Shown one piece after another: positions 36,341-50,466 of a DNA stretch of 63,737 bases. Position numbers and translations under genes: made by a program. Source of the DNA: Octopus bimaculoides (lineage: Eukaryota); NCBI RefSeq assembly GCF_001194135.2, contig NC_068988.1:1598376-1662112 (forward strand). The letters run 5' to 3'. The notes beneath the pieces were generated by a model, which saw only the letters and a list, made by a program, of their open reading frames with translations, had not been told where the DNA came from and ran no database searches. Each line of letters begins with the position of its first letter. The stretch's first letter is position 1.

Positions 36341-37392
36341 GCGGTATTATTTGACCGTGCTGTAACCTAATATTCGGTTCTAATACCCAGTGCGAAACCG
36401 ATTGGTAAGATCGGCAATAATAGATTTATAATACTGAAAAATGATTAATATGCATGAGTACGTATGTACGCACACATTACGTACATATATGTACACACAC
36501 ACACATAAAAGCTATATATTTGAGATTCATAATATATGCATACACACACACATTTATTTATCTATATCTATCTACTTATATATGTGTGTGTGTGTGTACA
36601 CGTACACACAATGTACGTAGACTTTTGTTTTTAACAGTTTTCTCTGTGACATATGTCGGTCTGCAAGTATCTTTGTCGTTTAACTTGTAAAGTTCACTCT
36701 ATCACTGTTTGTTATTATGAATAATGTACGAGTATCGAACCAATACCACGCCAATCATCTTCTCTATACGTGTGTTTAAATGCCTCTAATACACCTATAC
36801 ACTTTCATATATGCACATACACACATATGCGTACGTGCGCAGCTAGGTATGTATGCTTAAACGACGTGCAACAGAGAAGAAGCTGTTGTTGTTGCTGTTG
36901 GTGGTGGTGGTGGTGGTGGTGCTGGTGCTGGTGGTGGTGGAGATATGGGCTATAATATCTCATCGTATCTGGTTTCAGACTTAACTTCTTACGTCATAAC
37001 ATTACAACTATGTCAAGAAGATAAAAACTAAATCGCTGATGGCTCTGCGAGTTGAGTTGTAAAGGTCAGATATTGTAAAAGCGACAAGTTTGAGGATTTG
37101 TTAAATGCGGTACAAGAGCTTCTCAAAGCTTTGAACTTCGGCTGACATACAGGACCGTTGCTTGTGTAGAATAAAGATACACGAGAAGGAGGTTGTGTGT
37201 GTGAGAGGAAGACAAGACTTGCCTAACGATATACATACGTACGTACGTACTTATAAGTACACACAGACACACACACACACACACACATACATACACATAG
37301 ACATACATACATCTGTACATATACATGCATACATACAAAATACAGATACATACGATATACATACATATACATATAAAGATATAATGTGTGTA

Positions 37393-37464
<72 letters not shown>

Positions 37465-39463
37465 GATGTACAGAGACATATATACATACATACATACATT
37501 TATGCATACATATATACATGCATATATATGTATACATATATATACACACACATATATACAGCCACAAATAGATACACGCATCTGTATATATATATATATA
37601 TATNNNNNNNNNNNNNNNNNNNNNNNNNNNNNNNNNNNNNNNNNNNNNNNNNNNAATAATTGCATTGGCAAAAGAGGAAGGGAAGAAAATTGAGAAGGAA
37701 GGAAGAGAAGAGTTAAAAGGTTTGTTAAAGAGAGAGAGAAAGAGACGGAGTGTGTGTGTGTGTGTGCATCTGGGTATCGGTAAAGGGAAGGTCAAGACGA
37801 AAAACATTTTGAAGACAGAAAGAGATTGGCAGGTGGAAGTAGAGGAGTATGAAGGAGGAGGAGAAGAGATAAGACGAAAGGGGGGGGGTGAAGTTGGTAA
37901 AGAAAGAGATAAGAAAAATGAATGAATGAAAGAAAGACGGAAGGTAATTTGATAGAAGAAAGAATAAAGAAGGAACTAAAATGAAAGAGCCAAATAGGAA
38001 GAAATAGCCACGCCAATGTATCTTGGGAAAGAAAAAAGCAAGACAGTATTTTCGTGTTTAACTCAGCAGCTACCGGTTTCGCTTACTTGAGACGACCTAG
38101 TCATGCTGAATAAAAATATTGAAACAAATTAATCTTTCATACTATCAGTACTGGAAGCTCGCATATTTTTCTTATAAAGATCACCAGGTATTGTATTTCG
38201 TTTCCTTCTGATTGTTGCTGGGTTAAAAGCACAGAATGGAAGTATGAAAATAATATTGAACATTAATTTGGGGTATAACTTTTGCTGAAGGAGAAGGTTC
38301 TTTTAGAAAACCAGAAACTCAATGACACTGGTCTTATATCCACCAAACTTATGCATATACATACATACATACATATAACGTGCAAGTTATATATATATAT
38401 ATATATATATATNNNNNNNNNNNNNNNNNNNNNNNNNNNNNNNNNNNNNNNNNNNNNNNNNNNNNNNNNNNNNNNNNNNNNNNNNNNNNNNNNNNNNNNN
38501 NNNNNNNNNNNNNNNNNNNNNNNNNNNNNNNNNNNNNNNNNNNNNNNNNNNNNNNNNNNNNNNNNNNNNNNNNNNNNNNNNNNNNNNNNNNNNNNNNNNN
38601 NNNNNNNNNNNNNNNNNNNNNNNNNNNNNNNNNNNNNNNNNNNNNNNNNNNNNNNNNNNNNNNNNNNNNNNNNNNNNNNNNNNNNNNNNNNNNNNNNNNN
38701 NNNNNNNNNNNNNNNNNNNNNNNNNNNNNNNNNNNNNNNNNNNNNNNNNNNNNNNNNNNNNNNNNNNNNNNNNNNNNNNNNNNNNNNNNNNNNNNNNNNN
38801 NNNNNNNNNNNNNNNNNNNNNNNNNNNNNNNNNNNNNNNNNNNNNNNNNNNNNNNNNNNNNNNNNNNNNNNNNNNNNNNNNNNNNNNNNNNNNNNNNNNN
38901 NNNNNNNNNNNNNNNNNNNNNNNNNNNNNNNNNNNNNNNNNNNNNNNNNNNNNNNNNNNNNNNNNNNNNNNNNNNNNNNNNNNNNNNNNNNNNNNNNNNN
39001 NNNNNNNNNNNNNNNNNNNNNNNNNNNNNNNNNNNNNNNNNNNNNNNNNNNNNNNNNNNNNNNNNNNNNNNNNNNNNNNNNNNNNNNNNNATTTGTAGTA
39101 AACTTTCTATATTTATTGTATAGGCGGTAATTTTGAAGTGCTCAGATAAAAGAAAAATGTTGAGACGCAAAGGTATAGAAAAATGTTAAGGAGAATTTCA
39201 GATAGGTTCAATAATTTAAATAAACGTGTATTCTGCCATGGATCGATGTATTTCAGTTTTTGAATATACCAATGTATCAGTCATTAAAATATTAAAACAT
39301 ATTAAAAATCTATGAATACATAAAGAAATAAAAATTTAATATACATTTATAAATCGATGAGTGAAATTAGGTTATAAAAGTGTAGATGTATAACAGCACA
39401 GATGCTTAAAAATATATTTAGAATTGCAGTCAAATTAAAAAGTGTTGTCACTTTCTCTTCCAG

Positions 39464-39663
39464 TCCCAACACTATCGCCGCCGCTAGCCAGGCAACATCC
39501 ACATCTGGAGGTATCTCCTCCACCCTCCCTGGAAGCCCGTCTTCCAAGGTAGGGGTAGGAGGATGATATTGTCCGAAGACAATGAGGCTACGAAGTGTTT
39601 CCTGGCCTTTTCTTCTGACGAGAACCTCACCTCCACTGTGGCATATTTGGCACCCCTGGCCAG
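39464..39663 (+). other. Orphan exon of an unidentified second gene (200 nt)
   Basis: Acceptor ctttctcttccag| and consensus donor CAG|gtaagt flank a GC-richer non-repetitive island. It may contain a start codon (MILSEDNEATKCFLAFSSDENLTSTVAYLAPLA...) or an upstream frame (PNTIAAASQATSTSGGISSTLPGSPSSK) ending at an internal AAG|gtaggg donor. Confidence 0.55.
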
Positions 39664-41272
39664 GTAAGTTATTTCCGGTCAGATGGGTTCCAAACATTCG
39701 ATCTCTTTTCTCTCCGCAATCTCTACCATTTTCTCTCTCTCTTTAAAAATGATTCGAATATCATTGTTTTTCTCCCTGTTTCTTTCGTGACTTCACTGGA
39801 AGGAATCATACCAGCTCGTACTCCTCCCTTTTAAAAACACAACAATTGTTCAATGATTTAACGCACATAAAACAATATGCAACTTACTAACTTTTCTTGA
39901 AACACCACGTCCAACCCAAAAGTGGGAGAACGAATCTCAGGTATTTCCCAGTCGACCCATTTCGTACAATGTTGTAGAGGAGATTTAGTTATAAAGGGAG
40001 GCGCAGTTGTGAAGAGGAGGAACTGTTATAGCAGGAATTATGGGAAATGCAATTTAGAACATGTTAAGCAGGTAATAATTGATCAATAAGAAGTTACAGG
40101 ATGTCAGGAGTCTAGAGATTAATTGAAATATAGATAATTAAAGATTTAATGTTTAATTTATCGAGGTTCATCAAAATATTTAAATGTTCAACGGTATCTA
40201 TGGTAACAGGAAGATCTAGCATCCGAGAACTTATTTAATGAGGTAGACTCATATTAACTATTCATGGACTCTCTAATGCAAAATTGACATATACTCGTAA
40301 TTGTATTGTATGGGGGTGCTTCTGCTANNNNNNNNNNTATATGCATACATGCACACACACTAGCAACGCACCCCGGTGTTGTTGCGGGGGTGTTATGACC
40401 TACTAGCACATTGTATTATTTGTTCTTTTCTTATGGGCAGAATCGGCACACAAGGAGTATCAAGCAAACAACTCTTCTTTATAAACATGTTTTTCGGTCA
40501 TTTTCTGATGAACAACGCTGCAGGTTCCGTCGACTAAATTCAGTCACAAGTCTGTAGTTGGCCTAGGGCTATATATATGTCCAAGGTACCATACAGTGGG
40601 ACTGAATATGGAATCATGTGGTTGGGAAGCAAACTTCTCTACCACACAGTTATTCTTGCACCTAATATGTGTGTGTGTGTAATTTGAAGTTAAATATTTA
40701 GCAGTAAGAAAGATGTCCAGATTTCTTTAAAAATTATAGTGCAAAATATTGAGAGAAAGTATTTTTTCACCACAACAAAACACACACACACACACACACA
40801 CAGAGGTGTATCTCAGAGTTGCATCTCTTAGCTAAATACCTCAAAATTGTGCAATCCGACCTCGTTTTCGAGGTAATGTTTGTAGTAAAAAAGAGTTGTG
40901 CAAAAAAAAATACTTATTTGGTGGCCGAAAGATTACTGAATCTGTCGATACCTCATACGTTAATATCGGCAGCTCAGTTTTCGAATATATATATTAAGAT
41001 ACATATAAAATTGAATAACTTAAAGTTTCGTGGGCTCGTAAAACGGTCCTAGCTCTTCATGCTTAAGTAACCGATTTAGATTCGATTGTCTATGCTTGAA
41101 TAGCTAGGTTCATTTTATGAGCCAACGAAACTTTAAACTGCGTGCAGCCGAAACAAACTGCTACTAAACAATATATGTAACTCCCACCAAATGTATTAAA
41201 TGCCACTTTCTTTCCCTTGTCTACTCGTTCATATATATATACATAAACACACTCTAAAAGTTAGAACAGTAA

Positions 41273-41303
<31 letters not shown>

Positions 41304-42865
41304 NNNNNNNNNNNNNNNNNNNNNNNNNNNNNNNNNNNNNNNNNNNNNNNNNNNNNNNNNNNNNNNNNNNNNNNAAAAAACTACAGAAGGCTTGTGTTAC
41401 ATGGTTAAAGTATATATTTAAATTATGTCAGAAAAATGTAAGAAAAATGTTATAAAATCTTTTTGGTATATAAACATTGTATTTTGAGAAATAACCGGTT
41501 TCGTGTTGTCTTTTCAAATTTCTCTACTTCATTGTGTCGTGTTCGTTCCAGTCTGAGAAAGAAGAGTTCTAGATAGGGGGAGGTAATTAGGGATTTCTTC
41601 CGGTATAGGGGAGATAATCGAAATCTAGGAGGTGGTAGAATTTGATTAATTTACTCTGAGTTTCAAGCGTGATGCTAATCGTCAACCAGAAAAATGGCTG
41701 ACGATTTAGCAGGTGCAAACATATGGATAGGTTTCTTTTGTCGAACTGGAGGACACCGCCCGCTCTGGACTGAGTTGCTGTCTCTTAGACTTTGACATAT
41801 TTTCTGTTATTTTGTTATGTAGCAGATGCACTAATTGGGATTTCTGCAATCAGGGAGGACAGGGAACTTAGTTTTCTTACATTCGTTTCTTTATTCTCGT
41901 TACATTTTTTGCATCAACCTCCTTTGCGTTTTTTTTTTTTTTTTAATTTAAAATTTTATTCTTTCACTACTCTGCGTTCTAGTTTTTAGAATATATCTAA
42001 CGCATAAACAGAGCCTATAAGATTGCTTGGTGATGCACGGTGTATTTTATAGATATGTTCACTTATAGTATCATAAAAGCATGGAACTATTTAATAGCTC
42101 TTTCGGTATGTGTATATGTGTATTAAATTAATATAATGACGACGACGCCGACATTTATTACTAGTTTCCAGGGGGACAGTCTCCAATCTTCAATCTCTCC
42201 GCCTCTAAGTCTTTTTCACCCTCTCTCCTTCCCGCTCTCGTTATCAAAATATTCGCACGCTTCTGTCCCTATGCACGTAGTTTATTCACCGTCTGGTTTT
42301 AGCCAAAAGATCTCAAGAACGAAAACATGAACGCCAGTCACGCTGTAAGGAAGGAACCGACTAAAAGATCAGCCATTCTTCCGTCTTCAACCTGTATCTC
42401 TGATGTGTGTGTGTGTGTGACTTAGTGTCACTTTGCGCATACATATGTGTGGAGAGCCGAGTGCGCGCCCGTGTGTCTCTATGTGCGTTCGCGCGTTGCT
42501 TGGCGTATGAATATATTTGGGTTTATTGTAAGAATATGAATTAGTTTTATTGTGTTTGCCTGTGCGCTGTGTGTATGTGTATGTGTGTCCGGCTCTCGAA
42601 TTCCATCTTCTTTTATTATTTATTACCATCGACTTTCCAGTCACATTGCATTGTAGGCACGTGTGTATATATATATGTATGTGTGTATGTATTTTTATAT
42701 GTATTTGTATGTATATATTTGTATGTGTATATGTATATATTTGTTTGTATGTTTGAGTTTGTATGTGTGTGTGTGTCTGTGAGTGAGTGGATGTGTTTGA
42801 CAGACGAGAGATGAATAAAAATAGCTCAATACAATGAGAATAATTATTTGAGAAACATCTATGTA

Positions 42866-42900
<35 letters not shown>

Positions 42901-43261
42901 TAGAAGCTATGATTCCCCCCCCCCCNNNNNNNNNNNNNCCCCCCCCAGCTATACACACCAGTCGAGATATTAGGTCTTTTGTCTTAAAGATAAATTTGTA
43001 TAGCTCATTGTTTCGTAACGTTGAGAGGTGACTCTTATGTTTGGATGAAATTGTTACTGTTGTTCGCTACAGTGGCGGTGGCGATGGTGGGATGGTGATG
43101 GGGACGGTGGCGATGGCAGTGACGTTGTTTGGCTTCCTTGGACAACAACAGGGCACAACAGTTAATGCAAACACACACACACACACACATTGTATATTCA
43201 TTCAACCTGATGGCACAGGTAAAGCAAACTATGAGAAACATCTCTGCTTTATATATACATA

Positions 43262-43324
<63 letters not shown>

Positions 43325-43501
43325 ATATATATATATATACAAGTTAAGGTATGCATACTTGCATCCAGTGTGCGCATACCATACAATAATGCGCGCACAC
43401 AAAAAAACACACAGACCTACGTAACGTTGCGCACTTGCCTATGGCTATATACGATTACAACTAACTATTATTCACTTGCAAGTCTGCGCATATATATATG
43501 C

Positions 43502-43544
<43 letters not shown>

Positions 43545-43748
43545 CCTCTCTCTCTTAATCTCTCCCTCTGTTAATCTCTCTCTCTCTCTCTCTCTCTCTG
43601 TATGTTCACACGCTCACATATCTTTCGTACGGTAATATAACTGTATGCTTTCACACGTAACTAATGGTAAACATATAATGACATGTAATGTCCGCATGTT
43701 TACATGAATGTTCTTTACATATATGCTATTCGCCCACATACATTTTCA

Positions 43749-43804
<56 letters not shown>

Positions 43805-44122
43805 CACGCACACATATACATGCAGGTTTATTACATGTGTTTACGCGCACACACGCAGACAGACACACATACACACACACACATACCTGATTCTATATTA
43901 CATAACACTACTCTGTTAGCCAGCCTCTGTGTGTGTGTATATATATTTATACATACATGTTTACGAACACATGCTTACGAAATCACGCACGCAGATATAA
44001 CCACGGAAGTGTGTGTTTTGTTCCTCTAATTTATGCAAATAAAGATAACCTGACGCATTCATCTTTCCATGGAAATGCGTAAAAAAAAACTCATTGAAAA
44101 CAGCTGCCTTTTATAACCACGC

Positions 44123-44390
44123 ATTCTTCTTCTTCTTCTTCTTCTTCTTCTTCTTCTTCTTCTTCTTCTTCTTCTTCTTCTTCTTCTTCTTCTTCTTCTT
44201 CTTCTTCTTCTTCTTCTTCTTCTTCTTCTTCTTCTTCTTCTTCTTCTTCTTCTTCTTCTTCTTCTCCTCCTCTTCTTCTTCTTCCTCCTTCTCCTCCTCT
44301 TCTTCTTCTTCGTTCAATTCTTCTTCTTCTTCTTCTTCTTCTTCTTCTTCTTCTTCTTCTTCTTCTTCTTCTCCTCCTCCTCCTCCTCCA
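44123..44390. repeat. Long (TTC)n/(TCC)n trinucleotide tract
   Basis: Directly visible; it produces the poly-F, poly-K and poly-E ORFs in the track. Confidence 0.97.
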
Positions 44391-45275
44391 ACCAATTTAA
44401 GGTTGGATGTCGAGTAGAGTAGAAAGAACCGGCTGCAAATGTCCAGGTGAGCAGACAACAACCAGTTGCTGCCAATCAACCCCAGCCTCTTGCTGCTTAC
44501 GTCAATGATGGCTCCACATCGCCTGTGAATGGCCCCTGCAATTTATTCCTCACCAATGCTAAAATATGTTAGCAAGCAGCCTAGCTAACTGCACTATTAT
44601 CAAAGAGCAATGGAATAAATAAAGATTACATTGTGTATGTATGTATGTATGTATGTATGTATGCTGGTATGTATGTATGTATGTATGTATGTATGTATGT
44701 ATGTATGTATGTATGTATGTGTGAAGGCGCATGGCTTAGGCTTAAGGTATTTTATTTTACATTGCTCCAGTCCGTTCAGCTGGCTAAAATGAGTTGTACC
44801 TGTAATTCAAAGGGGCCAACCTTGTCAGATTTTGTGTCATGTTGAATCGCCATGAGAACTACGTTAAGGGCACGTGTCTGTGGAGTGCTCAGCCACTTGC
44901 ACGTAAATTTTAGGAACAGGCTGTTCCGTAGATCAGATTAACTGGAACAAATCGTCGTCGTAACAGACGGAGGATCAGTTAAATATCTTCTGCTTCTACT
45001 CGTTTTGTACAAGCCTAAGTCCCTTGGCCGCTGGAAATAGAGCAAGTGAATAGTTGAGCTGATGACGTCTATTGAGGTAGAAACTCGTGATCACGACTGT
45101 CCTCTTATTTCCAGACAATAAGATGGCACTTTTCCTTAATGGTTGGTCAATTTTAGAGAATTCATGATTATTGAGAGTCTCCACTTTCCATATGGAACCG
45201 GTCTTAAATACCATTTGGTTACTATAACGCAGCATCCAGAGTCAGCGAATGGTATTTCATATACCCATATTTGTG

Positions 45276-45315
<40 letters not shown>

Positions 45316-46027
45316 AGGCACAACACTCAGATTACTGAGGCCACACACAATGGAAATTAGACCGAATCTCAACAGAAAACGTGAATGGCATAATAGCCCC
45401 CTCCCCCCTAATCCATCACACCCCGCAACCCGACGACTAAGGACAGAATAAAACAGATAAATAAAATAGATAAAAGACACGGGTACAAACAGTGTAATAT
45501 ACAAACCCATGTACACGTATACAAGGCACCCANNNNNNNNNNNNNNNNNNNNNNNNNNNNNNNNNNNNNNNNNNNNNNNNNNNNNNNNNNNNNNNNNNNN
45601 NNNNNNNNNNNNNNNNNNNNNNNNNNNNNNNNNNNNNNNNNNNNNNNNNNNNNNNNNNNNNNNNNNNNNNNNNNNNNNNNNNNNNNNNNNNNNNNNNNNN
45701 NNNNNNNNNNNNNNNNNNNNNNNNNNNNNNNNNNNNNNNNNNNNNNNNNNNNNNNNNNNNNNNNNNNNNNNNNNNNNNNNNNNNNNNNNNNNNNNNNNNN
45801 NNNNNNNNNNNNNNNNNNNNNNNNNNNNNNNNNNNNNNNNNNNNNNNNNNNNNNNNNNNNNNNNNNNNNNNNNNNNNNNNNNNNNNNNNNNNNNNNNNNN
45901 NNNNNNNNNNNNNNNNNNNNNNNNNNNNNNNNNNNNNNNNNNNNNNNNNNNNNNNNNNNNNNNNNNNNNTCTGATGGAGTGGATGATGATGAAGATGATG
46001 TTGATGATGATGATAATAATAATAATG

Positions 46028-46078
<51 letters not shown>

Positions 46079-46085
46079 TAATAAT

Positions 46086-46450
46086 TCCTGGCTAAAATTG
46101 ATATACAAAAGATGTGGCATCTAAAAGCAAAAACTGTTCCTGTTATTGTAGGTGCCCTAATTATGATTAAAAAAAAGGGATGTCAGAAACATGTCGATAA
46201 GATCCCAGGAGAACCATGTCTCAAAGAAACCCAAAAGTTTGTGCTGACAAGTACAGCCCACATCCTTAGGAAACTGCTATCAATTTCAATGTAAGTGTTG
46301 TATTACATGAAAATATTTCACTACTGACCCTGCCACTTCCCTTCCCCAAGCTTTCAGTCATACTGTAGCATCTCCTATCCTTCACTCGCCCTAGGATGCT
46401 GGGTGTGTTTCAGGATGTGATTGTAACAAACATGCAGATTAAAAGTAAAC
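46086..46450 (+). mobile_element. 5'-truncated R4/Dong-like (RLE) non-LTR retrotransposon in an (AAT)n tract
   Basis: MWHLKAKTVPVIVGALIMIKK...IPGEPCLKETQKFVLTSTAHILRKLL matches the RLE C-terminus of R4/NeSL-type elements; (AAT)n lies upstream (46012-46085) and (AAC/AAT)n downstream (46448-46505). Confidence 0.75.
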
Positions 46451-46547
46451 AACAACAACAATAACAACAGCAACAACAATAATTATAATACTAACAATAA
46501 TAATAAATTAATCTGTTTGTAAAATGATATAATAAAATAGAAAAAAA

Positions 46548-46600
46548 TGTTGGTTGGTTGATTGATTTTTCCATACACGCTTTACAGGGTAGAGAGAGAA

Positions 46601-46667
<67 letters not shown>

Positions 46668-47160
46668 GAAACAGAGAGAGTCAAAAGAGAAAAACAGAGA
46701 GTTAATATATGAGGTGCAGGATAAATACTTATACTAGGCTTGGTGACACGCAACGAGTAAAAGAAAACGCTACACACACATGTACACAGTGAGAAAGAAA
46801 GAATCATAGAGACAAAGAAGGAGGAGGCGGGAAAAGTATATATATAGCCGATATAAATGTTTGTTGGTTGGTTGACTGATTTCTCCAGTCATACATTACA
46901 TCATATAGAAAGTGAGAGGGAGAAAAGAGAGAGTGAGAGGTAGAAAGAGAGAGAGGGGTTAGAAAGAGAGAGAGAGGGGGTAGAAAGAGAGAGATAGGGT
47001 GATTAGAGAGAATAAAAGCGTGTTACAAAAAGAGTTAACAGATGCAGGAGGAGTGCACATACTAGGTTTGGTGGCGCGCAATGAGTAAAACAACGCTACA
47101 CACATACACAAAAACAGTGAGAGAGAAAGAATTATAGAGACAGAGGAGGAGGAGGAGGAG
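46548..47160 (+). repeat. Old tandem duplication of a ~310-bp unit containing (GA)n
   Basis: TGTTGGTTGGTTGA.TGATTT...(GA)n...ATACTAGG.TTGGTG.C.CGCAA.GAGTAAAA...AACGCTACACACA...CAGTGAGA...ATAGAGACA..GGAGGAGG occurs at ~46548-46830 and ~46858-47160. Confidence 0.75.
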
Positions 47161-48449
47161 GAATTGACAGAGTATTTGTGGAAGGAGTTATACAACTGAG
47201 AAATAAGGAGAGGTTCTTCTCTGTAAACAAAATACAGCGGCAGTGAGTATTTTCCCATTCAAATGCGCCGGGACATATTAAGAATGAATAGGTAATTCTT
47301 TGTCTTCTTTTATTTATTTTTATTCTAAGGTAATAAATATTTTTCTTTTGAAAATTAGTATCCATTTCATCATTTTGTATAAGCACCAAAAAATTTGCTA
47401 AAAGCTAAATTATAATGATTGTATGTCTGCCATATTTCCTGATATTATCGATGATGGTAGAAGAATACTTCGTCATGGAACGAATAACACTGTAGCCAAA
47501 AAACAAAAAAATGAAGTTGATTAAATTTATTGGAGGAAGGACACCTTTTTCACAACGAAATATCTAATTGTTGACCCTCTGAAAGCAAAGTTATTTTTCA
47601 ATTGACCGCTTATCGTTTTTCCTTGTTCTTTCTTTCTTCTTTGGTTACATAGTTACAGATTAGCATTTCCATGAATTCCCGTCTGGACACGCTTTTAATG
47701 GAACCATGAGATGACCGGCGAGAATTGTTAACACGCCAGGCAAAATGCTTAGCGGCATTACACCCGTTTTTACGTTTTAAGTTAAAATTCCACCGAGGTC
47801 GACTTTGCCTTTCATCGTTTCGGGATCGATAAAATAAGTACCAGTTGAGTAGTGAGGGTTGATATAATCGACTAGCTCGCTCCCCAGAACTTGCTGGCCT
47901 TGTGCCAAAATTTGAAACCGATATTGCACCAATCTGTCGGCGAGCTGACAGAATCTTTAGCACGCCAGACAGTGGCGCTTGGTAGCATTTCTTTCGGCTC
48001 TGCGTTCTGAGTTCAAATGCCGCAATACAGATGAGTTTCCCCCACAAATCTCTGCACACAAATTCTGCTAATACCTCATATTCGTTCCTTCCATTATTGT
48101 TAATAGTGTTGTTATAATGTATATTGAACCGTTTATCCATTTACTAAATAATAAATGAGGTTCTTTTCAAGGAATTACTGCTTCAATCCAGTCAGCAAAG
48201 CCAAAAGACTCTGTGACCTGTCCATGATGCTATAGTGATTGTCAATAAGTGGCATCCTGTAATTTTTATAATTGCATGCGAGAAAGAAGGGTCACCATCT
48301 TGTACGTAAACAACAAGAAAATGAGAATTTATAAGGCGTTCGTAATAAGTCATAACATATTTATTACTGGATGTAATGCGTTAACATAAGATTAATTGAA
48401 GGAAAAGCTTGTAACATCACATGAGCATATTTTGCAATCACATGTTTCA

Positions 48450-48620
48450 AAGCAAATGAGGCGAACATCCGCGCGTGCAGGTGAGTATGTGAGTGGCGTG
48501 ACTCAATGCATGTCTAGGAATCGACAGTGGCGCGAAATTAGAAATGTGTTCCTTTATATAAGGGATGAACCGGAAGTCCCTGACTTCCATCTCATCCGAA
48601 AGTTAATTGGAAGTTTCTCA
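48450..48620 (+). promoter_or_regulatory. Candidate regulatory element or small exon
   Basis: CpG-rich; consensus donor GCAG|gtgagt at 48481; TGACTCA (48499-505), TATATAA (48555-61) and CCGGAAGT (48570-77). Motif evidence only. Confidence 0.25.
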
Positions 48621-48819
48621 AAAGTTCAAGAATTTTCGAGAAGGTCGAGGGAGATTACTCTCGCTAGATCCCTGTTTCGTTTTGCTTTCCTGCTTGACCG
48701 CCAGGGGTCTCTACAATGCTATAGACGCTTTCATGTTTGCGTTTTTGTTGTAGCAACGCCACTAGAGATCGAACGGACGTCCTGCAACAACAGTTATCTC
48801 GACCAGCGCCGGGTATTTG

Positions 48820-48955
48820 GTAAGAAGTGTGCTTCCACCCACGTGGCTCTAGTTTCAGTCCCGCTACTTGGCACCTTGAGCAAGTGTCTTCTATTATAGC
48901 GTCTATCATAGCTTAGTGAGTGGAGTCAGTTGACGGAAACTAATAGAACCCCGTC

Positions 48956-48990
<35 letters not shown>

Positions 48991-49185
48991 CCCTACCGCT
49001 GTTTGACAACCAGTGTTGGTGTGTTTACGTCCCCGTAACGTAGCAGTTCTGCGAAAGAGACCGATAGAATAAGTATCAGGCTTTGGAAAACAAAAGACAT
49101 TAAGTAATAGGAGCGATTCATTCGACTAAAATTCTTCAAGGTGGTGCTCCAGCATGGCCGCAGTTTAATGACTGAAACGAACGAA
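48820..49185 (+). mobile_element. SINE family A copy (CpG-retaining)
   Basis: Same modules; CpGs are largely preserved. Confidence 0.8.
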
Positions 49186-49667
49186 AGATACTTTATGTTG
49201 ATGTCTTACGGCATACCTACGTACCTGAGTGCATCCATACTTACATAGATACGCACATACATATCATACATGTCATACATTCATACATACATACATACAA
49301 ACATATACTCTCACAGATGCATACATATATACAAGCTGGTTGTCCACTCATTGAACGAATGTGAGCCATGCTATAGAAAGTATATTTCCAGTAATGTCCG
49401 TGCGAACGTTGAGAGGAGAACAGATTGCAAAGCATTGTGACAAGAGTTGTTAAGAAAAGTAACGGAGACGAGAGACAAACCAAAGCAAGATATCTGTCTA
49501 AGGAAATGGTGAGGCTATTTAGAACAGGGTACACTTTCTCCTTGAGACATACTATAGCAGAGTGAAGGGCTGGCTGATTCTTTGTGTTCTTGCAGCGCTC
49601 CAGGCACCAGACAGGAATTTCTAAGTCACCGTTTTACGTATGTACATATATGCACACATATACATGC

Positions 49668-49723
<56 letters not shown>

Positions 49724-50048
49724 GCGTACACACTCACACACACACACGCGCACGCAGAAATACGTACGTACATACATATGTACACACATATCCAAATATA
49801 TATATACTTGCATACACAAACATACCCCTATGCATACCTACATTCATACATACACACATGCAGACTCAAAGACGCACCCACTTACCTACGTACGCATATA
49901 CAATACATAACTCGACAATATACGCATACATACACGCACATACATAAATACACATATATATGTATACATACATACAAAGCATATAAATGTTTTACACAAA
50001 TATACATACATAAACATACTTACATGTACGTAAGTATGTATATATGTT

Positions 50049-50092
<44 letters not shown>

Positions 50093-50466
50093 AACATATA
50101 TACTTATACACATGCAAACATACATTGATATACAACCATACCTACACACGCATACATACGTATCACATGGCGAGGTTATTATGTACGTACGCTGAGACAC
50201 AATTGAAGAACTAAAACAATCTCAAAGACAGAAAAACAAACTAACATTTAAACTGTGAATAACTTTCAATTTAATCGTGACAAAAATTTGTCAGAATTTT
50301 TAAAGAATTTCATCGTCTATTTCAAGTTAAATAAAATTTAAAAGTGAACAGACATATTCATTCTGGCTAAAAATATAGAAATGGTCTGCAATGGAATCGA
50401 GACTATTCCTGCTATTGTATTTAGTGGAATTACGAACGTTACAAATATCTATATGAGGAATATAGA

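Noticed and set aside
39347-39697. 116-aa minus-strand ORF (…LEDGLPGRVEEIPPDVDVAWLAAAIVLGLEEK…)
   Set aside because: It is antisense to a segment with consensus plus-strand splice sites, has no minus-strand acceptor tract and no recognisable motif.
40358-40392. ACTAGC…CCCGG…GC.GGG resembling a Helitron/Helentron-type terminus
   Set aside because: About 35 nt next to a gap, with no second terminus found.
44407-44508. Short Cys-rich frame MSSRVERTGCKCPGEQTTTSCCQSTPASCCLRQ*, metallothionein-like at first glance
   Set aside because: Only 33 codons, it reads through a good splice donor, and the Cys spacing is not a convincing metallothionein pattern.
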